Assembly: GCF_964355755.1 (NCBI RefSeq)
Contig: NC_092672.1
Location: 37,144,437-37,208,436, forward strand
DNA length: 64,000 nucleotides
Source: Antedon mediterranea
Taxonomy: Eukaryota > Animalia > Echinodermata
Direction: 5' to 3'
The notes under the pieces were generated by a model. That model was given only the letters and a program-made list of their open reading frames with translations. It had not been told where the DNA came from and did not search any database. Every line of letters begins with the position of its first letter. Position 1 is the stretch's first letter. This document shows, piece after piece, positions 38,847-50,200 of this stretch. The position numbers were made by a program, and so were the translations under genes.

Positions 38847-41800
38847 TAGTAGAGCAGTTAATGACATAAGTTGTGCATTTTATTACCAAAGCATGAAACT
38901 TGGCACAAAGTTTCTTTGATGTATATAGATTCAAAATATCGGGGGGTGCCAAGTGTCCAACGTCCGGTATGGCGGCCATCTTGATTTCAAAATGGCCACC
39001 ATAAAAACAAAAAATGTTCATATCTTGGCAACTATACACATTAGAGACTTGATTCTGGTCTCAAATTGTTCACAAACTATATATTTCTATTTGCTCTAAT
39101 AAAAAGTTTCGTCCAAAAATGACCGGAAAGGACGTTTCTTACAGTTTGACCTTTGACCTCGTATTTGTATATCTCTGTAACTACTGGTCATTTTCAATCG
39201 ATTTTGGTGTCATTTTGTTCAGAATAAATACATTTATATTTGTAGTAATGAAACATTTTCACATAAAATGACCGGAAATACAATTTATGACCTTTGACAT
39301 TAATGTATTGATTTTTAATTATGTGAATACACTGTATGTGGTTTTTGTTGGTCTAAAGTGCACCTAATTTTGAACTTTGACCTGATAGGCGTAATTATAT
39401 TAAATGATTAATGGACTTTAATTGTATATAGTACATAAAATTGGTAAACATTGTGCTTGGTGGTACCATTAGTTCAATGATGTTGGCACCTTCTGATTCG
39501 CTAAAAGTTTTAATAGTTTGACAGAGGAAATAACATACATGTTATTGAATACCGTAAAACCTCGAAAAGGTGATAGTATGAGCTTCTTTTCGAGACAGAC
39601 TGAATTTGAATGTCAAATGAATAGTATGATGATCGTGTTTATATCAATATATTATTAATGACCTTACAAAGAACCCTTTCTATTTCAACAATTAAGCCAC
39701 AGTTATTCTACAATTTATTGTTTTCCAAGTGGTAGGCCTATTTTGATTGCATCTTATTTTTGTATGCTTCCTCAGTTAATATGGTCCTAACCCTCCTTCT
39801 TTGTCTGTAGATGGTCTTATACCCCCTTCTGTGTCTGTTGATGGTATTATTACACCCCTTTCTTTTTGTGTGGATGGTCTTACACTCCCTTCTTTGTCTG
39901 TGGATGGTCCTTCACCCCCTTCTTTTTCTGTGGATGGTCCTACACCCCCTTCTTTGTCTGTGGATAGTCTTATGCACCCTTCTTTGTCTGTGGATGGTCT
40001 TACACCCCTTTCTTTGTCTGTGGACGGTCTTATACCCCTTCTTTGTCTGTGGGTGGTCTTACATCCCCTTCTTTGTCTGTGGAGGGTCCGACACCCCTTC
40101 TTTGTCTGTGGATGGTCCTACACCTCCTTTTTTTGTCTGTGGATGGTCTTATACCCCTTTTTGTCTGTAAGTGGTCCTATACCCCTTTCTTTGTCAGTGG
40201 TGGATGGTCTTACACCCCCTTCTTTGTCTATGGACGGTCCTACACTCCCTTCTTTGTCTGTGGATGGTCTTACACCCCTTTATTTTTCTGTGGACGGTCT
40301 TATACCCCCTTCTGTGCCTGTATATGATCTTATATCCCCTTCTTTGTCTGTTGATGGTATTACACCCCTTTCTTTGTCTGTTGATGGTATTACACCCCTT
40401 TTTTGTATGTGGATGGTCTTACACCCCTTTCTTTGTGTGTGGATGTTCTTGCACTCCTTTAATTTGCCTGTGGATGGTCTTGCACCCCCTTCTTTGTCTG
40501 TGGATGGTCTTATTTCTTTGTCTGTGGATGGTCTAGTTACCCCCTTCTTTGTCTGTGGATGGTCTTATATCCCTTTCTTTGTCAGTGGTGGATGGTCTTA
40601 CACCCCCTTCTTTGTCTGTGGACGGTCCTACACTCCCTTCTTTGTCTGTGGATGGTCTTAAACCCCTTTCTTTTTCTGTGGACGGTCTTATACCCCTTTC
40701 TGTGCCTGTGTATGATCTTATACCCCCTTTTTTGTCTGTTGATGGTATTACACCCCTTTTTTGTATGTGGATGGTCTTACACCCCTTTCTTTGTGTGTGG
40801 ATGTTCTTGCACTCCTTTAATTTGTCTGTGGATGGTCTTGCACCCCCTTCTTTGTCTGTGGATGGTCTTATTTCTTTGTCTGTGGATGGTCTAGTTACCC
40901 CCTTCTTTGTCTGTGGATGGTCTTATATCCCCTTCTTTGTCTGTGGATGGTCTTCTCCCCTTCTTTGTCTGTGGATGGTCCTACACCCCCTTCTTTGTCT
41001 ATGGATGGTCCTACACCCTTTCTTTGTCTGTGGATGGTATTATACCCTCTTCTTTGTCTGTAAGTGGTCTTATAGCCCTTTTTTTGTCAGTGGATGGTCT
41101 TATACCCCTTCTTTGTCTGTGGACGGTCCTACACCCCCTTCTTTGTCTGTAGATGGCCTTACACCCCTTTCTTTGTCTGTGGATAGTCTTACACCTCCTT
41201 CTTTGTGTGTGGATGGTCTTCTTACACCCCCTTCTTTGTCTGTGGATGGTCTTACACCCCCTTCTTTGTCTGTGGATGGTCTTATACCCTCTTCTTTGTA
41301 TGTGGATGGTCTTACAACCCCTTCTTTGTCTGTGGATGGTCTTACACCCCCTTCTTTGACTGGACCCACTACTTTGATTGATTAAATTAGACATTGTTTC
41401 TTGTATGATTAGGAAACCAAGACCTTTAAAGTGAAAGTCCACAGGTGGATGCCTAAACAGGTCTTGTACAGAACAGTATATTGTAGGTCCATGTCACTAA
41501 TTTGAGGATTACTTGAATAATTATATTGAGATGTCTTTTACAAATTGATTTAGTTCGGATTTTGCTAAAAAATCAATGACTAGAGAAAATCGAGGAAAAG
41601 GATTCAGATGAAAGGTTTACAGCAAAGGCCCTTTACCATAAAAATGGAGTACATTTTTTTAGATGCAACGAAAAAACGATTGAAACATCACAGTTTAGCA
41701 AACAAGTCGGCATAGATGAGCTCAGTGATCTGTCATACTTTATGCCTATCCTATCACATCAAAAGTTAAAAATTCAGAATAATAATTCCGTGTCAATTAT

Positions 41801-42330
41801 TTCGGTTAAAAAATTAGGTGCATTTATACCAATTAAACCACATACAGTATGTTCACATAATTATATATGTCAAAGGTTATAAATTGTATTTCCAGTCATT
41901 TTATGTGAAAATGTTTCATTACTACAAATATAAATGTCTTTATTCTGAACAAAATGACACCAAAATCGATTGAAAATGATCAGTAGTTATTGAGATATAC
42001 AGATAAGAGGTCAAATGTCAAACTGGAAGAAACGTCATTTCCAGTCATTTTTGGACAAAACTTTTCATTAGAGCAAATAGAAATAAGTGGTTTGTGAACA
42101 ATTTAACACTAGAATCAAGTCTATACTGTTTATAGTTGCCAAGATATGAAGACTTTTTGTTTTTATGGTGGCCATTTTGAAATCAAGATGGCCGCCATAC
42201 CGGACGTTGGACACTTGGCACCCCCCCATATTTTGAATCTATATACATCAAAGAAACTTTGTGGAAAGTTTCATGCTTTGGTAATAAAGTGCACAACTTG
42301 GCTATTTTTATGGCGTTAACTGCTCTACTA
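38847..42330. mobile_element. Non-autonomous long-TIR DNA transposon (Academ-like)
   Basis: ~530-bp inverted arms (38847-~39380 and ~41810-42330), termini TAGTAGAGCAGTTAA...TTAACTGCTCTACTA, and TTA on both flanks. Confidence 0.75.
39781..41360. repeat. ~30-bp minisatellite (~50 copies)
   Basis: TCTTTGTCTGTGGATGGTCTTACACCCCCT-type units. They explain the repetitive ORFs seen in all frames. Confidence 0.95.
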
Positions 42331-43556
42331 TTAAGTCTATAGTCCCGATAGCTACAACGATATCAGTAACAATGTTTCTGATAGTAAATTCAATCAATAC
42401 CTCAAGTTATATAAATAGAATAATAATAATAATAATAACACTACTACTACTACTAATAATAATAATATAGTACAATTTACAGTAAATTCTCAAATGGCAA
42501 AATTTCTTTTATTTTCGACAAATCATAATAAATATAAACAATAATCGCATAATAATTAAATTTAAAAGAGTTTGCTGTCAAGATTACAGATGCTCCTCGG
42601 ATTAGGAATAACATTTAAATAAAAAGTGAAATATATGTACAGTACAGTAATATATATCTAACATGTTTGAAATTGAATATCAATCAATATTACACTAATA
42701 AAATGTATACGGTAGTCTTTTTTACACTAATTTACATATATATATATATATTCATGCATCTGCACCCCTATACCAGGAAGCCCTCAAAGAAAGTGGATAC
42801 AATCATCAACTTGAGTTCAATGCTGAACAGCAGAAGCCCAAAAACGTAAAAACCAACATCGGCCACAAGTTTTTAGCTATAGTAGAAGATTGTTTTCCTG
42901 CCGGCAACAAGCTCAGAAAAATATTTAACAAAAATACCTTGAAACTAAGCTATAGTTGCATGCCCAGCGTAGACAAAGTAATTAACGCACACAACAAATA
43001 TGTGATAGCCAAAGAAAAGCCTACTGAAACCAACGCGAAAACAAGCGGATGTAACTGCCGCAATCCCAATGAATGCCCGCTCCCAGGTAACTGCCTAACA
43101 AAAGGTGTAGTTTACCAAGCTACAGTAAAGAGAGAAGATTCATCAAAAGAAGAAATATATGTCGGACTAACTGAAAACCAGTTTAAAACTAGATACAGAA
43201 ACCATACGTCTTCATTCCGGAACGAAAAATTAAGAAGTGCAACGGAACTCAGTAAATATATATGGACACTTAAAGACTCTAAAACAAATTACTCAATTAA
43301 ATGGAAAATTATAAAGAAATGCAAACCTTACTCAAATATTAACAAAAGATGTAATTTATGTATATATGAAAAGTATGTTATTATATGTCAACCAGAGCTA
43401 TGCTCACTGAACCGTAAGAACGAGTTAGTCTCTACTTGTAGACATAGGAAAAAATTCTTACTAAATTGCAGATCCAAACAGTTTATCTAAAACAATAGGC
43501 TATTGTATACGACTTCCCGATGACTCACTCACACTGTGTCACTTATGTTTTATATT

Positions 43557-43612
43557 TCACCTGAAGAGTGCGGCCAGCTACATGCTGGTCGTACGAAACA
43601 AATTTGTAGTGA
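43557..43612 (+). ncRNA. Minimal type I hammerhead ribozyme (Penelope pLTR)
   Basis: TCAC-CTGAAGA-[GTGCGGCCAGC tacat GCTGGTCGTAC]-GAA-ACAAATTTGT-A/GTGA: core boxes, stem II, palindromic stem III, GUA cleavage triplet and stem I TCAC/GTGA. Confidence 0.85.
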
Positions 43613-43725
43613 TTAAAACAATGAAGTAACCAAGTTTTCTGCTGTTATTTTATTTATATATATATACTGTATATATATAAATAAATAAAATAACAGCAGA
43701 AAACTTGGTTACTTCATTGTTTTAA

Positions 43726-43781
43726 TCACTACAAATTTGTTTCGTACGACCAGCATGTAGCTGGCCGCACTCTTCAGGTGA
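43726..43781 (-). ncRNA. Hammerhead ribozyme, inverted copy
   Basis: Exact reverse complement of 43557-43612 within the inverted pLTR. Confidence 0.8.
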
Positions 43782-43999
43782 AATATAAAACATAAGTGAC
43801 ACAGTTGTCTCATAGTGCTTGATAGAAGTGAGTCATCGGGAAGTCGTATACGAAACAAATTTGTAGTGATTAAAACAATGAAGTAACCAAGTTTTCTGCT
43901 GTTATTTTATTTATTTATGCTCTACCTTGGTATTGAGCACTCTATCCAAACGGTCTGAAAATTTCAACCTGAATATATATATATATATATATCTCCAAT

Positions 44000-44044
44000 C
44001 TGCAGACAGTACTGTTTCGATCTTATTAGATCTCGTCAGTGCAG
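44000..44044 (-). ncRNA. Second, sequence-distinct minimal type I hammerhead ribozyme
   Basis: The minus strand reads CTGCA-CTGACGA-GATCT-aata-AGATC-GAA-ACAGTACTGT-C/TGCAG: intact core, 5-bp stems I and II, palindromic stem III, GUC cleavage site. Confidence 0.85.
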
Positions 44045-44162
44045 CTCAGGTATCGAAATAAAATGTACCGCAGAACTGGCACAATATATAGGCTGCCAGG
44101 TATGCGGGACATGGTACACTGATTATTAACCCAAAGAGTGCACAAGCTCAACGAGCGTGATA

Positions 44163-45441
44163 TCTATATTATAAGTGAGAGAGTTTGTCTGTTTGTTTGT
44201 TTGTCTGTTTGTTCGTTATACAAATTTTTGTTACTGCACGTAATCTTACATATGGGGTATCAAAATGACCGCAATTGTACCGGGAATGTTCTAAGCTATA
44301 TTTCAACATCATCCGCCACCTAGGATCCATGTTAGGGACCAAAATGTGGTCAAAACCCCCACTTTCGATGTTTGTTCGTTATACAAATTTCCGTTTCTGC
44401 ACGTAACCACACGTATGGGGTATCAAAATGATGGCAATTGTACCCGGAAGGTTTTAAACTACATTTAAAAAAATTCCCCCGACTCCTGGGGTTTTTGTGG
44501 GAGGGGTGGGGGCGGGGGGTGGTGTGGTGGTTTGTGATGTCATTTTTTGCTAGGGCTCGGGGTTGTAGGCTATCGAATTGTAAAATTATACTACAAAAGT
44601 TTGACAGTATTTTAATTATCCTCAGCAAGGCGTATATAGATATACATATTTTATTCATTAACCAATATGACACCTATTCAATTACACATTTAGCAAAGTA
44701 CTTTAACCATATCCAGCTATGTATCGGTCTCTTGGATTTTCTCATTACAGATATCCATTCCTGTGTGAACATACACACGTTGTTTACCGTTACTGTGTTC
44801 AACTACATCACGATGCCTCCAAGGAAAAAAAGTATTTAATTATTCCTGGGAAGCGGCTGGGAGTTTGGGGTGGGCCTATCACCATGACCGAAACTGTATT
44901 TGAAAACTGCCACTGAGGGATTATGGGTTGGGAGTGATAATAACATAACTTCAACAAATCACCCAGTGTATCTGGGGTGTGTTTGTAGGGGGAGGTGGAA
45001 GAGCGTAAATATTGTCGTAATGACGTAGCCTATATGCTTGGAATTTTACTAGGAAAAGTTACTATATTTGAACTGTCATGGGGAGGAGTTAAGGTTTGTT
45101 GATTGTGGCTGGGGTGATGAGAGGAGAAAGAAGGCTGGGGGCCCGCAGTATCTAAATTAGATATTTTAATTATCAGCCAATATGACACCTATTCATTTAC
45201 ACAATTTACAACGTACTTCAACCATTATTAGACCCATCATAGCTATGTATACTCCTCTCAATTTGAAGCTTACGTTGAATTGAATTTGTCCATCACTGGG
45301 AAGAATTGGTTTTTAAAAAAGAGTATGGGGTGTTATTGAAGAAGGGTGGAGATTGGTGAGTATAGACAGATACTGGCGTCGGGTGTTGAGAAGGCTTTAA
45401 ACTAATTTTGAAACCCGCCCTGGGGCGGGTATAATTGCTAG
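44163..45441 (+). mobile_element. Non-autonomous Helitron
   Basis: 5' A|TCTATATTATAAG followed by a (GTTT/GTCT)n tract. The 3' hairpin ACCCGCCCTGGGGCGGGT is followed by CTAG|T. Confidence 0.8.
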
Positions 45442-46188
45442 TATATATATATATGCATTTTGTGACTTTAACCCTAAGCTTTCAACACTCTATGTATTTT
45501 ACTATTGACCAAGTTTGATTCTAATCAGCCTAGCGTAAAAGTTTCCTAATTTTTTTATAATTAGGTATTAGCGCTTCCTATACAAATAAATCGAAAATGA
45601 CTTCTGATCCAACATTCTTGAACATCTTAATAGACATAGTATTGAATAATGTTCTGTTGTTTTTTTTGAAAAATATAGAAAAAAACAAGAAAATACAGAT
45701 GTAATACTGTAACATTGGTAGCAAGTATTTAAAAAGTACATATATAAATGTCTAGTTTTCGTAATACTGTAGCTAAAATCACGAAGTCCTACCAGAGCAT
45801 AATATTGAATTGGGCCTATGTACAGCAGTACTATAATATTATACAATGTTTATGTAATATGATTTACCATAATCGGTAATTCAGTCACTATCTATCACAT
45901 ACTGAACTTAATTATTGAGTACAGTCGAATCATATTATGTTGTATACTATCATAAATAAACACATGCCCTACAGTACTTCAAACTTTATAAACAATTAAT
46001 TTTCAAACCTATAAACAATAAAATAAATCACAATTAATATATACAAAGAAGTCTGTTATTTGAAGAAACACAAAGAAAATATGGTTCTGCGTAAAGTTGT
46101 CGTTTCATTGATTTAAAATAAAACATGTTGCGTCCAGGTACAGTAGCAACAACACAGTGTATAGTTTGACTCATTGAACAAAATGGGG

Positions 46189-46268
46189 CATCTTGGCCTA
46201 GTGTTCTCATCTTGGCCTAGTGTTCTCATCTTGGCCTAGTGTTCTCATCTTGGCCTAGTGTTCTCATG
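46189..46268. repeat. 19-bp tandem repeat x4
   Basis: CATCTTGGCCTAGTGTTCT repeated. Confidence 0.9.
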
Positions 46269-47229
46269 CCTGTGTGAACAACAGCTGCAATTTATCAGGA
46301 AAATACACACCTCTACTGTGTTTATGTCAATCCTTACTGTATAATATACAACGTTCGTTGCAACAAAAAGTAATTGTCGACAATGTCTAAAGTCCTCTAC
46401 TGTATAACATCATCAATTATATTAATTGACTCACACATGATTGCATCAATTGATTCATTTTAGGGGAATCTACCCATTTGTTTAAGACTAGTTTACTAGT
46501 AATAGTTTTGTAGTAATGGCAGAAACAAAGAAAGAAACAAAGAAGAAGAGATAAGAAGAAAGAGAGAGATTCGTTTGAAAACAGGACCCGGCCAGAACAC
46601 CGGTGGTCAGAATGTAGCTGATGTAGTTAATTATGGGAATTCCATTTTGACATAGTAACGACAAATAATAATTAAGACATGATATAAATATGCTATCAGT
46701 AGCCTAAGTGATCAATCACTACCTCGGTCGAATGTATACCAGCACTATTTTCACGAAGTGCCGTGGGTGTCGATGATAATGCATCGCAGTTATCTAGTAA
46801 TTATTGAATAGCTGTGTAAACATCTTTGAAATTCCAAATTTAAAACTTTGCTTAAACGTATACTGTTTGGTATTGAATAAAAATAACACCATACTGTAAT
46901 GACAGTAATAAATACGGTGTGTAAACATGTTCTGTATATAAAAATATATAAAAGATAACGCAAACGGAATATTACGTTGTTTTAAAATTACGAGGACATG
47001 TTTTAAGATAAGTCGCAAGTTTTAATCTTAATTTCGTGATAGGCCTATACAGTATATGTGAGACAAAGGTGTGTCACCGGTATCGTAGACCTTAACCTAA
47101 TCATAAACCTATCTTTTTCCAGGATACAGTTATAAAATGTGAAATACATGAGATCCTGCGTTAATTATGGAATTTGCATATGAGGATATACAGCAGTTGA
47201 CACTAGCCATAGCCATGCAATAACAATAA

Positions 47230-50200
47230 TTATGAGCAAAAGTTTAAATAGTGCCTAACTTTTGATTCGAGTCCTGGAGAATGAGGTTTTACATAGCTTG
47301 TGTGATCAATGATTGCTTTTCCATGCTGTACATATCCCATAAATATATACATTGAGCCTGAAAAAACAAACACAATATGTTAATATTAAAAACAGTGCTT
47401 GTTGGTAAACGATAACAAGCTCGAAATTAACGTCATTCTCACCTTCAGCTACGTCGTAACATTGTGGTCCTGATAATATCTTCCTTATGCTTACAATTCC
47501 ATACTGGTCTAATGTATGACTGTACTGAACTAATGTATGACTGGAAAGTAAATCAAGAAATTTGTAAACTTTGAAGACCTCAACTTCCAGACGATTAACT
47601 AAATGTTCTGAGTATATTTCATGATGAATTGATGAAACTCTCCCCAAAAATACTGAAAATAAAACAATAAATAATGAATAATGAACGTTTTATATTCGTG
47701 TAAGATGAAAATGTGTTATTTTCACCTTTCACCTCATGAAATTATGTATACCATTGCAGTCATAAACATTCATTATTTGTTAAAAATTCAAGGTATGTTG
47801 AATTTTGTGCTGTAGGCTATGTTTGTTTAAAAAACAATTTATATTTTTTTACCGTACCAGCACGAACTTTCATTCGGACAAGTATAATGAAAGCACTCAG
47901 AAACTGAGTGACGTACTTGGCAAAATATATCCACTGACTCGGAGCATGTTGAAAGATTTTTTTTTTTGCTTTAGGTATCAGCTTTACATAGTTCAAATAT
48001 TGCTGGGGTTAATAATTTGTTTAAATAATTTTTTGAGACAAACAATTGCAACAATGACCTTTCTAAAATCAAGATGGACCACCAGAATAATGATCGAGGA
48101 GTGTGTTGAAGCTGTGCCGATTTGCGGCGCCTCTGCCTTAACTTATGTAGTAAGCTTAACCGCTTGACCAGTCGACTAATGTTTTGGTCCATATCAAAGA
48201 ATATGCCCATGTTAAAAGAAGACAGAATGCGTGCTATTTAATATAACGTACGGAAGATAAGCTTTTGTGACATGACCAATATATCAATTTCCTGAAAATC
48301 AATAGACATGTTCTGTAAGTATATACCTATGTACAGAATGAAATAAGAAAGGACACACACTGGTACTAACAAAACTAATTATCAACTAACAATAGTTAGT
48401 AAAATTTAAATTGACTAATTTAGCCTTTTCTCACTTCCTGCCGTCTGAATAATTGTTCATTTTTCCTTTGTTTTTTCTTTCGGGACCCCTCAGGATACAA
48501 ACCTCCGGGTTTAGAGGGTTATCCTTTGCTCCTGCTCGTTTTTTGTTGTTGTCTTTGTTCTGATTTTGTTGTTTGTTAAGTCTGCGACTTTTGATGTATA
48601 TATATATATTTCTGTAACACTGTTATTTTTATATGAGCAAAAAATAAAAACAAACAAACAAACAAACAAGTTTAATTTGAATAACAATAGAACAGCAACG
48701 CCAAAAACAAACGGGTGAATTTGAAAAGAAATAGGTTTTTTAAAACTACTCGTATGAAAAAGCCGGTACATTAAATCAACTTTTGTTTTAAAATGACAAA
48801 TCACAAATTATAACCCTTGCCTCTTTTTTGAACTAGTAGTTCTCGAGAAAATGTAATTTCAGTTTACGTGTTACTTTAAGACTGCTCACCGGCTTTTGAA
48901 AATTGTCTCCTATCTTTTAACACTAGCCGGTCTGAAAATAATATCATTTTTGTTATTTGTGAAGTTATTAATAAACCAATTCCTAAACAAACTTGACTTT
49001 GACCGATTTTAACCCGATCAAAGTTCAGTATATGTCATAAACCTCCCATGTAACATGAAAATAGAGACATAATTTCTCTAGATTTAATTATAAATCAGCC
49101 GTATAATTTATATACTAAGAAATATACTTGAACAAACAATTAAAAAAAATCTGATTTCGTTTCACTTCCCAAGGTGAGACTCGATCTCGGTAACTTAAAT
49201 GCTGTAGACACCAGCACAGACCACCGAGCCATACACAACTGACTAACATTTGAAGAAAGATTCCTATGTGTATTTACCATTGTGAGCGATAGAGCGATGA
49301 CAAACACACACACAAACCGAACAATAGAACAGCACGCGGAAAAAACACACTGGTGAATTTGAAAATAAATAACTTTGAAATAGGTTTTGTAAACTACTCG
49401 CATAAAAAAAAACTCTATATTAAATCTAATTCAGTTTTAAAATTACAAATCACAAATTATAACTCTTGCCTCTTGTACAAAAATGAAGTTTTTTGGACAA
49501 GTAGTTCCCGAGAAAATGCAATTTAAGTTTACTTGTTAATTTAAGACTACTCACCGGCTTTTGATAATTCTGTCCTATCTTTTAACACTAGCAGGTATGG
49601 AAAGCCAAACCCGCCAAAAATACATAATACATACCATCCACCAATAATTAATTCGTACAAAATTCAAACTATCCAATATTATCTCATGCAGTTCAATGAA
49701 AACTTAAACCATTCACCTAGTATCTACACCATCCAATACAATGTGTGACCATCTACCACTAGCCCAAACGACAATACGCCGAACAAACTACCCATAACAC
49801 AAACCATCTAAAGAATGTTGAGCCCAGGCAGCAATAATTGAATTAATCTAACGTTAATACAAGTATATATTAGCCAACTCATTTATCAACATTTCATGTA
49901 GTTCATGAACATTTCAAACAAAGCATCTTAATTATAGTTCATCGAATTCTAATTCTAATACATTGCCTGTTTTATACACCGTTCGTCTGTTCAACAGTTT
50001 AAACAACTGTTTTGCACACGATACGCCCGTTCGTGAGTTCAAACCATGATATTTGAAGCATCGACTTTCCAAATGGCGATTTTTCGCACCGAACGTATTT
50101 TCTTGAGTTAAAGTGGTTGCATTTCAATCACTTACTTTCGATTGGCCAGTATTACACACCGTTCGCTTGTTCGTGTTCAAACCATGATATTTGAAGCATC

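Larger units (their letters stand above)
42750..43975 (+). mobile_element. Penelope-like element 3' fragment (GIY-YIG endonuclease) with inverted and direct pLTR copies
   Basis: ORF 42939-43490: KLSYSCMP, CNCRNPNECPLPGNCL, VVYQA, YVGLTENQFKTRYRNH, TELSKYIWTLK, CNLCIYEK, LNRKNE, CRH. The pLTR ~43505-43655 is repeated inverted at ~43680-43850 and partly direct at ~43850-43915. Confidence 0.92.

Noticed and set aside
39801-41442. Long ORFs (SLSVDGLTPP / LCLWMVLHP repeats)
   Set aside because: They are by-products of a 30-bp minisatellite, open in several frames with frequent frame shifts, inside a transposon.
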